Below are positions 19,408 to 28,795 of a stretch of DNA of 39,633 nucleotides, one piece after another (the stretch's first letter is position 1; each line of letters opens with the position of its first letter). This DNA is from Bacteroidota bacterium. GTDB taxonomy: Bacteria > Bacteroidota > Bacteroidia > Chitinophagales > JACZTA01. Where the stretch lies: contig JACZTA010000003.1 in assembly GCA_022573915.1 (NCBI GenBank), positions 1 through 39,633 of the forward strand, read 5' to 3'. The notes beneath the pieces are model-generated. The model searched no databases and had not been told where the DNA came from. It worked only from the letters and a program-made list of their open reading frames with translations. A program made the position numbers and the translations under genes.

Positions 19408-21417
19408 ATGAAAAAGTTATCATTGACCCTATTGGTGATATTGTTTGCTGTCGGCGGATATGCCCAGGTAACCGTTTATAGCTCTTCAACCGGTACAGAT
19501 TGGCCTTATAATTTGGCGGAAGGAACAACAACATCAGTCATGGCTAATCCAGCCAATGACGTGCTTTCAAGTTGGCAAACATTGCCATTCACATGGACAT
19601 TTTACGGTAATCAGGTAACCGGTTATTTTGTAAGTGATAATGGTTATATCACTTTTGATAGCACAGCAACAACAAGTCTGAGTGTAAATGATACACTACC
19701 ATCAGTGAATGCTCCGGACAATGCGATTCTTGCGTTTTGGGATGACATGGAACTAATTGATACGACCGCAGGGACATCGGATGTAATTAAGTCCTGGACT
19801 TACGGCGATAACGGTAACCGGGTACACGTGATCCAATGGCATTCAATAACCAAGCTAGGTGGTACAAATTCTGACTGGATATATATTGCTATTCTGCTTT
19901 ATGAGTGCGGTGGTTTTGATATCGTTCATGCCTGGACAGAAGCTTCAGGATTAACAGCAACTGTCGGGACACAATTAGACTCAACTACGGGAACATTTCT
20001 TCCTGGTTCACCCACATTGGATTTCCCTTCTACAACTCAGTTTAATACAGATGATGTAGTATATCATTTCTATGATAATACTTTCCCAACTTATGATGCT
20101 TCTTTGCTATTTCTTGATATATGGGATTATACTGATGTATCAACCGCTGCTGATGTAAGCGGAATTATTATGAACAGAGGCTCTGCTACCATCACATCGT
20201 TCAAATTGTGGTATCAGGTGGATACAAATACTGCTGTTTCAGCTACTGTGAGCGCGAATGTAAGTTCAGGTGCCATTTATAGTTTCAATAAAACCAATCT
20301 GATTGCAATCGCGACTCCGGGTACTTATAATGTAAAAGTTTGGGTATCGGACATAAATGGCCAAACAGATGAAGTTTCTTGTAATGATGATAAAACAGAA
20401 TCGCTATTGGTGTATGGAGATCTTTCTCATGACCGTATGATTTTGATTGAAGAGGCTACTCAGTGGAATTGCAATCCATGTGCGTCTCAAAACCCTGCTT
20501 TTAATGCACTTCTAAGTGCAAATCCTGCAAACACTGCCAGTATTAAATATCATGGTTGGTGGCCTGGGGCTGATGATGACGCAATGCATTTGTTTAATAC
20601 AACTGATAACGATGCCAGGATCAATTATTACAGCATCAATGGCGTTCCAACTGCGGTCATGGATGGCAAGTACATATTAGGTGCAAGTTATGATGGTGCT
20701 CCTGCAAATCTGACTCAGCAAATGCTCGACGATCAAAATAGATTTCCTTCATTATTTGACATTACGATCAATGAAACTACTCAGGGTACAAACAGTGTTA
20801 CGATTGAAGCTACTATAACGCCAAAGGCGGATTTGGCTTCAGGTAATTTAGTAGCTCATATTGTTATTATTGAAGAGCTCATTTCTTATTCAACGGCACC
20901 GGGTACGAACTTTGAAACTGATTTTCCTCATCCAATGAGATATATGTTACCGGACAATGCAGGAACACCGTTAACAAGTATTGTTAATGGTGTTGATATC
21001 GTGATCTCAGAAACTTATACCGTTGATCCTGCATTTGATGTTTCAGAATTGAGGGCTGTTGTTTTTATTCAGGATAATTCAACCCTTGATGTGCTGCAAG
21101 CTGCTAAAACAACTTCTGCACCTTATTTTTCAGGTATTGAAGATCTTGCCAATGCTAACTCTGATCAAATTATTATCTATCCAACAAACGTTAGAAATAA
21201 CCTCAAGGTCGACATGGTGTTGACTGCTAATGCCGCTGTTTCTGTTGGTATTTATAATGTTATTGGAGAACAAGTTGATCTGATTGCATCTGGTGATATG
21301 AAGAAAGGACTTTATTCATATAATGTTGATGTTTCTAACCTGACTAACGGAATTTATTTTGTCAGGTTCGAAAATGGTCAATCTAATGTGGTTAAGAAAT
21401 TCGTGAAAGCGAATTAA
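19408..21417 (+). CDS. T9SS cargo: NIDO-like + CARDB/Ig + Omp28-related thioredoxin-fold (CxxC) + CTD
   Basis: MKK signal peptide; FYG...VSDNGYITF, ILAFWDD; IEEATQWNCNPC, KYHGWW, INGVPTAVMDG, LRAVVFIQD; GIYFVRF...KKFVK CTD. Confidence 0.85.
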   Translation: MKKLSLTLLVILFAVGGYAQVTVYSSSTGTDWPYNLAEGTTTSVMANPANDVLSSWQTLPFTWTFYGNQVTGYFVSDNGYITFDSTATTSLSVNDTLPSVNAPDNAILAFWDDMELIDTTAGTSDVIKSWTYGDNGNRVHVIQWHSITKLGGTNSDWIYIAILLYECGGFDIVHAWTEASGLTATVGTQLDSTTGTFLPGSPTLDFPSTTQFNTDDVVYHFYDNTFPTYDASLLFLDIWDYTDVSTAADVSGIIMNRGSATITSFKLWYQVDTNTAVSATVSANVSSGAIYSFNKTNLIAIATPGTYNVKVWVSDINGQTDEVSCNDDKTESLLVYGDLSHDRMILIEEATQWNCNPCASQNPAFNALLSANPANTASIKYHGWWPGADDDAMHLFNTTDNDARINYYSINGVPTAVMDGKYILGASYDGAPANLTQQMLDDQNRFPSLFDITINETTQGTNSVTIEATITPKADLASGNLVAHIVIIEELISYSTAPGTNFETDFPHPMRYMLPDNAGTPLTSIVNGVDIVISETYTVDPAFDVSELRAVVFIQDNSTLDVLQAAKTTSAPYFSGIEDLANANSDQIIIYPTNVRNNLKVDMVLTANAAVSVGIYNVIGEQVDLIASGDMKKGLYSYNVDVSNLTNGIYFVRFENGQSNVVKKFVKAN

Positions 21418-21433
21418 TTCTTGATATAGAAAT

Positions 21434-21468
21434 AAAACCCCCTGGAGAGATTCTTCAGGGGGTTTTTT
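21434..21468. terminator. Bidirectional intrinsic terminator
   Basis: AAAACCCCCTGGAGAGATTCTTCAGGGGGTTTTTT between convergent genes. Confidence 0.88.
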
Positions 21469-21486
21469 ATTTCCGGTTTCTTTCGG

Positions 21487-22407
21487 TTAGTATAACATCA
21501 TTTTCATGCAGAAAACACTCCCTCCTGATTTCATAAATTCGGAGGTATCAGTTTCGAATATCTCATAGTCCAGGTCGTTAAGATACCCAATGGTGTTTGT
21601 TGCACCCTCCTGAATGATCGCGACTTTCTCACCTTTCATGCCTGTGAAGCAATGAGCATTTATGGAAAACAAATTCTTTGCTTCAGATTTGGGAATTGTA
21701 ATGACACACTCAAAATGTTGTTCAAGAAAGCGATAACTCTCTTCAGAGAAAGCCTGAGGATACAATATTACATTCCTACTGTCCAGTGGTAAGAAACAAG
21801 TATCCAGATGATAGAAACTTTCATCAACGAGCTCCAGGCTTATGATGGGTGCCTGAATTTGATCTGCTAGTCTTTCATATACTTCAAAGTCTGTTCTAAA
21901 GCCATAACCACCAAAAATCAGATTCTTTCCTGGTAAAGGGATCGCATCACCCATACCCTCAAAATGACTCGGAGAATTTAAGGTGATGGTATCGTATTGA
22001 ATACTTTTAAAAAAACTATCAAAGTACTGGATCTCCTGTTTGCGTGAATCGTGACGCATATTACTTAATACGATCATCTTCGTTCCATCCTCGCTGATCC
22101 ATGGGAACGTTTGGTTAGCGCAAAAAACCATATCCTCACATCCTTCCTCGCCATTAATTATTAGTAATTCTTCTATAATATTCCTCTTCTCCAGATCGGA
22201 ATAAATTGCTCTTAAATTATTCCATTGCGCTATTGCTAATTGTTGTTGTGTACTTCCAACATTCGTGCTCATGTATGAATTTTTTACATCCAGGATTTCA
22301 AAATAGTCAGGTGAGCACAAAAGTACTTTGTAAGGAGACTGTTTCGAAACAATATCTCCGAGTTGAAAATCCACATCCTGCGGTTTGTATGCTTTATTCC
22401 GGATCAT
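21487..22407 (-). CDS. Guanidino-group modifying (pentein) enzyme, DDAH / arginine dihydrolase-like
   Basis: DMVFCAN, FEGMGD, FYHLDTCF, EFMKSGGSVFC (C-terminal catalytic Cys). Confidence 0.85.
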   Translation of the reverse strand: MIRNKAYKPQDVDFQLGDIVSKQSPYKVLLCSPDYFEILDVKNSYMSTNVGSTQQQLAIAQWNNLRAIYSDLEKRNIIEELLIINGEEGCEDMVFCANQTFPWISEDGTKMIVLSNMRHDSRKQEIQYFDSFFKSIQYDTITLNSPSHFEGMGDAIPLPGKNLIFGGYGFRTDFEVYERLADQIQAPIISLELVDESFYHLDTCFLPLDSRNVILYPQAFSEESYRFLEQHFECVITIPKSEAKNLFSINAHCFTGMKGEKVAIIQEGATNTIGYLNDLDYEIFETDTSEFMKSGGSVFCMKMMLY

Positions 22408-22447
22408 TTGAAATACGAATTATGTAATTAGAGCTTGACTATCTTAT

Positions 22448-22493
22448 CAAATATAGGCTAACAAAACAAAGGATTAAAAATTAATTACTTTCG
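22448..22493. promoter_or_regulatory. Divergent -7 promoter elements
   Basis: TATATTTG on the minus strand (22448-22455) and near-consensus TACTTTCG on the plus strand (22486-22493). Confidence 0.45.
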
Positions 22494-22507
22494 CAGTTCT
22501 TATAAAA

Positions 22508-23176
22508 ATGTCTATGGAGAAAAGGACTGCATTGATAATCGGCGCGAGCGGTTTGGTTGGAGGTCATTGTCTTGGTCTCTTGCTTGATAACAGTCATTAT
22601 ACGGCGGTCACGATCTTAGTGCGAAGGGAGTTGGAAATGAAAAATGAAAAGCTAAAGCAAGTGATAATCGATTTTGATCGTATCGATGATTATGCCGATA
22701 AAATATCTGCAGATGATATCTATTGCTGTTTGGGTACTACTTCTTCGAAAGCTGCGAACAGAGATGCCTATCATAAGGTCGATGTTATTTATCCAACAGA
22801 GATAGGAAGGATAGGAAAACAAAATGGAGTAAAACAATATCTGATAGTATCCGCAGTGGGTGCCAATGCAAAGTCATGGAATTACTACCTTCGATTTAAA
22901 GGCGAGGTTGAATCTGAATTGGCTAAATTAAATTTTGACGCATTACATCTGTTCAGGCCTTCCATTATTACCGGCGTACGGGGGGAACAGAGAATTGGTG
23001 AGAGAATAGGGCGCGCAATCTTTGATTTTTTTTCAGCATTAATGGTTGGGAGATTGAGAAAATATAGGAATATTCAAGGTTATGCTATTGCAAGATCGAT
23101 GATCTATGCTGCACTGAACGGAAAGAAAGGTAAATATATATACCATCACCGGGATATGATGAGCATGAATAAATAA
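22508..23176 (+). CDS. NAD(P)-binding oxidoreductase, TIP30/HTATIP2 (YraR)-like atypical SDR
   Basis: GASGLVG, CCLGTT, VSAVGA, Y.R.KGEVE, FRPS. Confidence 0.88.
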   Translation: MSMEKRTALIIGASGLVGGHCLGLLLDNSHYTAVTILVRRELEMKNEKLKQVIIDFDRIDDYADKISADDIYCCLGTTSSKAANRDAYHKVDVIYPTEIGRIGKQNGVKQYLIVSAVGANAKSWNYYLRFKGEVESELAKLNFDALHLFRPSIITGVRGEQRIGERIGRAIFDFFSALMVGRLRKYRNIQGYAIARSMIYAALNGKKGKYIYHHRDMMSMNK

Positions 23177-23194
23177 CATTTTAAAATTATAATA

Positions 23195-23548
23195 ATGGCA
23201 AAGAAGACCACACATACCACCTCAGAAATAAACTTCAAAGTTACGCTTGACGAAGAAAATATACCGGAAGAGATCATATGGAACGCAACTGATTCTGAGT
23301 TTAATGAGTTTAAAAAATGCGATTCCATGAACATCTCGATATGGGATACAAATGAACATAATACCCTGAGCATAGCGCTCTGGACTAAGAAGATGGTCGT
23401 AGAAGATATGCAGCTTCATTTTTTTCAGACCCTGATGACACTGGCAGAAAATTTTCAAAAATCCACCGGTAACAAGAAAATTTTGGAAGAAATGCAGAAG
23501 TTTTGTGATAAAATAGCAGACAATCTTGATCCACCGCCTGGGAAATAA
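23195..23548 (+). CDS. gldC: Gliding motility protein GldC
   Basis: SEINFKVTLDEENIPEEIIWNATD, SIWD, LWTKKM.VEDM..FFQTL. Confidence 0.9.
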   Translation: MAKKTTHTTSEINFKVTLDEENIPEEIIWNATDSEFNEFKKCDSMNISIWDTNEHNTLSIALWTKKMVVEDMQLHFFQTLMTLAENFQKSTGNKKILEEMQKFCDKIADNLDPPPGK

Positions 23549-23627
23549 TTCTTAACTGATCAACATTATTTTACTTATGTAACCGACCACGGTTTTCTAC
23601 CGTAAGCCTTATCACGTAAGGATTTAC

Positions 23628-23667
23628 AAATATATTAATTTGGAGATATACATTAATTAATATATTT
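23628..23667. promoter_or_regulatory. Perfect 13-bp inverted repeat, candidate operator upstream of the ArsR gene
   Basis: AAATATATTAATT-N14-AATTAATATATTT. The context is very AT-rich, so chance is not excluded. Confidence 0.4.
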
Positions 23668-23799
23668 TTACATATAGCTATTATTAATTAAAATGACACC
23701 GATATGATTAAAATTGAACGGATATTTATTTAATTGCGTTAAACATGCATATAGTAAATAATTTAATGTGTTTAAATATTTGATTTAAACAGGAATGGA

Positions 23800-24096
23800 A
23801 TGAAGAACCTAGACAAAAAAGAACTTAAACAAGCAGCTGGCGTTTTAAGAGCGATAACGCACCCTTTAAGAATGACGATAATGAAGTTCATAGCTGATAA
23901 CCAACCGGTTAATGTTACCAAAATTTACAAGCAATTGAAGCTCGAGCAGTCTGTTACTTCCAGTCATTTGAGTATTTTAAGAGATGCCGGATTCCTAATC
24001 TCGAAACGAGATGGAAAGAAGATATTCTACTCCATTGACAGCAAAAAAATTGACTCCGTACTTAAATCCATAGGTAAAAACCTCGGGCTGAAGTAA
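23800..24096 (+). CDS. ArsR/SmtB family winged-helix regulator (no Cys)
   Basis: LRAITHPLR, LEQSVTSSHLSILR, RDGKKIFYS. Confidence 0.92.
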   Translation: MKNLDKKELKQAAGVLRAITHPLRMTIMKFIADNQPVNVTKIYKQLKLEQSVTSSHLSILRDAGFLISKRDGKKIFYSIDSKKIDSVLKSIGKNLGLK

Positions 24097-24133
24097 ATTT
24101 CTTAATTTTACATTCACAATTGAGCATGATATC

Positions 24134-25546
24134 ATGTACGTTGAACAGATATATACTGGCTGTTTGTCAGAAGCAGCCTATTATGTGGAGTCGGATGGAG
24201 AGGTTGCAATAATTGATCCTCTGAGGGATACAGACCAGTACATTGAACTGGCAAAGACGAGGAAGGCCAAGATTAAATATGTATTTGAAACACATTTTCA
24301 CGCAGATTTCGTCTCCGGTCATATTGATCTTGCGGCCAAAACTAATTCTACTATAATTTACGGTCCAAAGGCCGACCCTGAATATGATGTTCATATTGCA
24401 AAGGATGGAGAGCGTTTCAAATTGGGAAAGGTGGAATTCGAAGTGCTGCATACTCCCGGACATACACCTGAATCCTCTTGCTATTTGTTAAGGGATCAGG
24501 AAGGAAAAGAATATGCACTTTTTTCAGGTGATACGCTCTTCGTAGGTGATGTGGGAAGACCTGATCTGATCGATGAGAAAATAAGTAAAGAAGACATGGC
24601 GGGCATGTTGTATGATTCCCTGAACGACAGGATAAAACCTCTTCCCGTTGATGTTATCCTCTATCCTGCGCACGGCCCGGGTTCTGCTTGCGGTAAAAAT
24701 ATAAGCAGCGAAACATATAGCACAATAGGTGAACAATTGAAAACGAACTACGCGCTCCAGGATATGAAGAGAGAAAAGTTTATAAAAATCATAACAGATG
24801 AGCAAACCACTCCTCCACAATATTTTAGTTATGATATCGAGATCAACCGCAAAGGTTATAAGAGCTTGGATAGTATCATTAAAAAAAACTTCAAACCACT
24901 CACCGTGGAAGAATTTGAAGCTGAAATGGAGAATTCTTATATAATCGATACCAGAGAACATGATGTCTTTGAGCAGGCGTTTATCAAAGGATCTATTAAT
25001 ATAGGCTTGGATGGTAGATTTGCAGAATGGATGGGTACATTGTTCAAGCCTGAACAACTGGTAATTCTGGTCACAGAAGTAGGTAAGGAGAAAGAAACAA
25101 TTGTGAGGATGGCTCGTGTGGGCTATGAGAATGTGAATGGATTTCTTGATGGAGGATTTGCGAGCTGGATCAAAGCGGATAAAGGGATAGACGTGGTGAT
25201 AACTATAGAAGCTCAGGAACTGGATCTTGATTTAAAGCTCGATAAGGAGATCGCAGTTTTGGATGTGAGAAAAGAAGTTGAGTTTGAGGAAGGCCATATA
25301 TTGGGCGCCTTAAACGTTCCTCTTCAAAATCTTGCCGAGACTATCGAAGAGGCAACTGATCAACCATTGCACAAGGAAGATAAGATTTATGTACACTGTC
25401 AGGGAGGTTATCGTTCTATGGTAGCAGCTTCGATTCTAAAGAAAAATGGTTTTATAAATGTTAAGAATATTAAGAATGGATACGACAGCATCAAAAAATC
25501 TAACCTGCCTATTTACTCGTCGACCCCGGTTGGTTCCTCCAATTGA
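24134..25546 (+). CDS. MBL-fold persulfide dioxygenase-like domain fused to two rhodanese domains (CstB-like)
   Basis: ETHFHADF, HTPGHT, GDTLFVGDVGRPDL, PAHGPGSACGK; pseudo-rhodanese IIDTRE; catalytic rhodanese LDVR...HCQGGYRS. Confidence 0.9.
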   Translation: MYVEQIYTGCLSEAAYYVESDGEVAIIDPLRDTDQYIELAKTRKAKIKYVFETHFHADFVSGHIDLAAKTNSTIIYGPKADPEYDVHIAKDGERFKLGKVEFEVLHTPGHTPESSCYLLRDQEGKEYALFSGDTLFVGDVGRPDLIDEKISKEDMAGMLYDSLNDRIKPLPVDVILYPAHGPGSACGKNISSETYSTIGEQLKTNYALQDMKREKFIKIITDEQTTPPQYFSYDIEINRKGYKSLDSIIKKNFKPLTVEEFEAEMENSYIIDTREHDVFEQAFIKGSINIGLDGRFAEWMGTLFKPEQLVILVTEVGKEKETIVRMARVGYENVNGFLDGGFASWIKADKGIDVVITIEAQELDLDLKLDKEIAVLDVRKEVEFEEGHILGALNVPLQNLAETIEEATDQPLHKEDKIYVHCQGGYRSMVAASILKKNGFINVKNIKNGYDSIKKSNLPIYSSTPVGSSN

Positions 25547-25622
25547 ACTCCAACTATCACCTTAAACAATTTTTGAATAACGCTTTTTTGTAACTTCACT
25601 TAATGGCTAAGAGTGTATCTGA

Positions 25623-27062
25623 ATGATTGATAAGATCAAAAAATTTGAAGAGATTGCAAGGGAACTGGATGTCCCTTCTGAAAAAAGAACTGTCTACCGG
25701 GATCAAATGGTGGCCTTAACCGAATCCTTTCTTGATGAACTACCGAATATGAAAGCATTCGTTCCGGATTTAAAGAGTAGCAAACTGGTGGATTCACCCA
25801 TTTCTGATGATTCGATGCCAATGGAAGATGTGCTGGCGTTATTGAAGGAAACGGTTATTGAACCCGGCCTCAACCCTGCCTCAGGTGGACACTTAGGGTA
25901 TATACCGGGAGGGGGGATCTTCTCTGCCGCACTTGGTGACTACGCTGCGGCCATTACCAACCGCTATGCAGGTGTTTTCTTTACAGGGCCGGGTGCGGTG
26001 CGCATGGAAAACATGCTCTTGAATTGGATGGCGGAGATTATTGGTTATCCAAAGAATTCCGCCGGGAACTTAACATCAGGCGGATCTATAGCGAATTTGA
26101 TCGGTATCGTGACAGCGAGGGATGCTCATGGATTGAAAGCGAGAGATTTTGAACGTTCGGTAATTTATATGACGAACCAGGTTCATCACAGCATTGAGAA
26201 ATCTATCAGCATAGCCGGGTTAAAGGAGGCTGAAAACCGGTTCATCAATGTGGACAGTAAATTCAGGATGGATGTTGATCATCTTGAACGATCGATTGAA
26301 GAAGATAAGGCAAACGGTCTTAATCCCTTTGCCATCATTGCTTCTGCAGGAACTACGGATGTGGGTGCGGTGGATCCGTTGGAAGGAATTGGTGATCTGG
26401 CAAAACATTACGGAATTTGGTATCACGTGGATGCTGCCTATGGTGGTTTCTTCTGCATGGTGGATGAGGTAAAAGGTTTGCTCAAAGGTCAGAAGAAATC
26501 AGATTCAATTGTGATGGATCCACATAAAGGACTGTTTCTGCCTTATGGTTCAGGAGCCGTGCTTGTAAAGGATAGTCAAAAGTTATATAATTCGCATAAT
26601 TATTTTGCCAATTATATGCAGGATACTCAGAAATCTACTGAGGAATACTCACCTGCTGATCTCTCACCCGAACTGACGAAGCATTTCAGGGGCTTGCGGC
26701 AGTGGCTGCCATTGAAATTACATGGGTTAACTCCTTTCAAGGCTGCATTATCTGAAAAAATATTATTGGCCAGGTATTTTTATGAAAAAATACAGACCTT
26801 GGATGGATTTGAAGTGGGTCACGAACCGGATCTTTCTGTGGTCTTATTCAGATATATTCCTAAACACGGAGATGCAAACGAATTTAATGAGAAACTGGTT
26901 GATGAAGTACAAAAGGACGGAACAGTTTTTCTGTCCTCAACTACACTCAATGGTATATTCTATATACGCGTTGCAGTGCTTTGCTTCAGAAGTCATCTGG
27001 ATATAATAGATCTGGCTATTGAGAAATTACTTGAAAAAGTTAAAATCATAAGCAAAAATTAA
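25623..27062 (+). CDS. Group II PLP-dependent amino-acid decarboxylase, substrate unknown
   Basis: TSGGSIAN, HHSIEK, AGTTDVGAVDPL, HVDAAYGG, DPHKGLF. Confidence 0.9.
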   Translation: MIDKIKKFEEIARELDVPSEKRTVYRDQMVALTESFLDELPNMKAFVPDLKSSKLVDSPISDDSMPMEDVLALLKETVIEPGLNPASGGHLGYIPGGGIFSAALGDYAAAITNRYAGVFFTGPGAVRMENMLLNWMAEIIGYPKNSAGNLTSGGSIANLIGIVTARDAHGLKARDFERSVIYMTNQVHHSIEKSISIAGLKEAENRFINVDSKFRMDVDHLERSIEEDKANGLNPFAIIASAGTTDVGAVDPLEGIGDLAKHYGIWYHVDAAYGGFFCMVDEVKGLLKGQKKSDSIVMDPHKGLFLPYGSGAVLVKDSQKLYNSHNYFANYMQDTQKSTEEYSPADLSPELTKHFRGLRQWLPLKLHGLTPFKAALSEKILLARYFYEKIQTLDGFEVGHEPDLSVVLFRYIPKHGDANEFNEKLVDEVQKDGTVFLSSTTLNGIFYIRVAVLCFRSHLDIIDLAIEKLLEKVKIISKN

Positions 27063-27087
27063 TAAGTCATATACTAAAACAATTACT

Positions 27088-27645
27088 ATGAGTTATTTAA
27101 AATTACCCGGACCGGAGGACCTTTCCGGCAAAACAAAAGAATTGATAGAAGATTGTATAAACCGGTGGGGATATGCACCTAATATCGTACGAGCCTATTC
27201 ACTTGCACCTGAAGTTATGGAGGCAGAGGATGTCTGGTCGAAAGGTGTGATGCATACCGGATTTTTGCCCAGAAAATTGAAAGAAGGTATCGCTACTGTA
27301 GTCAGCGCAGCAAACACTTGTAACTATTGTGCAAGTAGCCATGCGCACGCCTATACTTTGGCCGGCGGTGATGAGCAAGAAGGCCAGGCCTGCAGACTTT
27401 TGGATTTCAGCGAATTCGATGAAAAGGATAGTGCGGCATTCGAATTTGCCAGGAAAGCAACCCCGGATGCGAACGCGATCACCAAAGCAGATATTGAAAA
27501 ACTGCAGGAACATTATACTGATGGTGAAATAGTAGAGATCGCTACGGTCATCCAACAATTCATGGGCTACAACTGGTTCGTAACGATGCTAGGACTGGAA
27601 CTCGAAGAAGACAATCCAATTAAAAATTTAGAGTCAATCGGTTAG
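27088..27645 (+). CDS. AhpD/CMD-family peroxidase-related protein
   Basis: KE.IATVVSAANTCNYCASSH, YTDGEIVEI. Confidence 0.88.
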   Translation: MSYLKLPGPEDLSGKTKELIEDCINRWGYAPNIVRAYSLAPEVMEAEDVWSKGVMHTGFLPRKLKEGIATVVSAANTCNYCASSHAHAYTLAGGDEQEGQACRLLDFSEFDEKDSAAFEFARKATPDANAITKADIEKLQEHYTDGEIVEIATVIQQFMGYNWFVTMLGLELEEDNPIKNLESIG

Positions 27646-27652
27646 ATTTAAT

Positions 27653-28696
27653 ATGACCGACAATACTTCCACCTTTGACCCGAATGCTGTTTCCAGTATA
27701 AACAGCAATCTCTTCGGTTTACCGTTTACACCTGAGGATGCACGATTAATAATTATACCGGTACCATGGGAGGTAACAGTTAGCTATAATGATGGCACAG
27801 CAAGAGGTCCTGAGGAGGTATTTAAGGCATCGCGGCAGGTAGACCTCTACGATGCCCTGTTCACCGATATGTGGAAGGAGGGAATTGCCATGACGAAGAT
27901 ATCTCACGAATGGCAACTGCAAAATGAGGCACTAAGAACTAAAGCTCAACAATACCTGGAACAATTGGATAAGGATGTCGAATTTGAGAATAAACTTAAC
28001 CCGGATGAAATCAATAAAGCCTGTTTCGAATTGAATGAATGGGTTAAGAATGAAGCATTGAATTTTCTCGAACGAGGCAAAATGGTTGGCGTGTTAGGTG
28101 GCGACCACAGTGTCTCGCTTGGATTAATCCAGGCATTAGCCGCGAGGGGAGAAGAATTTGGGATCTTACAAATAGATGCTCATAAGGACCTGAGAAAAGC
28201 ATTTGAGAACTTTGATTATTCACACGCCTCCATTATGTATAATGCCTTGAAGGAAACGGAGGTCGTAAAATTGGTTCAAGTGGGGGTGCGCGACTATTGC
28301 GACGAAGAGGTTGAATATGTGAAGGATTCCGCGGGCAGGGTAACCGTTTATACCGACCAAGCAGTTAAAGATGAGATTTATGCAGGCGGCCATTGGAATA
28401 CTATCACTGAGAAAATAATTCAAGAACTGCCTCAGAATATCTACATCAGCTTTGATATTGATGGGCTGGATCCTTCATTATGCCCAAACACCGGAACGCC
28501 CGTTCCCGGAGGACTGAACTTTAATGAAGCAGCTTACCTTCTGCATTCAATTGTTCAATCAGGTAAAAAGATCATCGGGTTCGACCTTTGCGAAGTGGCT
28601 CCATCCAAGGATTCCGGCAATAACTGGGATGCGAATGTAGGAGCAAGGATTTTGTATAAGCTTTGTTGTGCCACGCTGGTTTCTCAGCTTGATTAG
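27653..28696 (+). CDS. speB: Agmatinase-family ureohydrolase
   Basis: PWEVTVSY, GGDHS, DAHKD, SHAS, SFDIDGLDP, GTPVPGG, GFDLCEV. The substrate is not proven. Confidence 0.8.
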   Translation: MTDNTSTFDPNAVSSINSNLFGLPFTPEDARLIIIPVPWEVTVSYNDGTARGPEEVFKASRQVDLYDALFTDMWKEGIAMTKISHEWQLQNEALRTKAQQYLEQLDKDVEFENKLNPDEINKACFELNEWVKNEALNFLERGKMVGVLGGDHSVSLGLIQALAARGEEFGILQIDAHKDLRKAFENFDYSHASIMYNALKETEVVKLVQVGVRDYCDEEVEYVKDSAGRVTVYTDQAVKDEIYAGGHWNTITEKIIQELPQNIYISFDIDGLDPSLCPNTGTPVPGGLNFNEAAYLLHSIVQSGKKIIGFDLCEVAPSKDSGNNWDANVGARILYKLCCATLVSQLD

Positions 28697-28700
28697 AGAG

Positions 28701-28766
28701 AAAGCATGGAAAAGCATGTAGCCCACCTTCACCAAGTTTCGGTGGACAAGCATGAAAATACATGGC
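28701..28766. repeat. Degenerate 10-mer tandem repeat interrupted by a REP-like hairpin
   Basis: AAAGCATGGA AAAGCATGTA [GCCCACCTTCACCAAGTTTCGGTGGAC] AAGCATGAA AATACATGGC. Confidence 0.55.
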
Positions 28767-28795
28767 GCGTAGTGTGAGTCTTTGCGGTTAAAATT

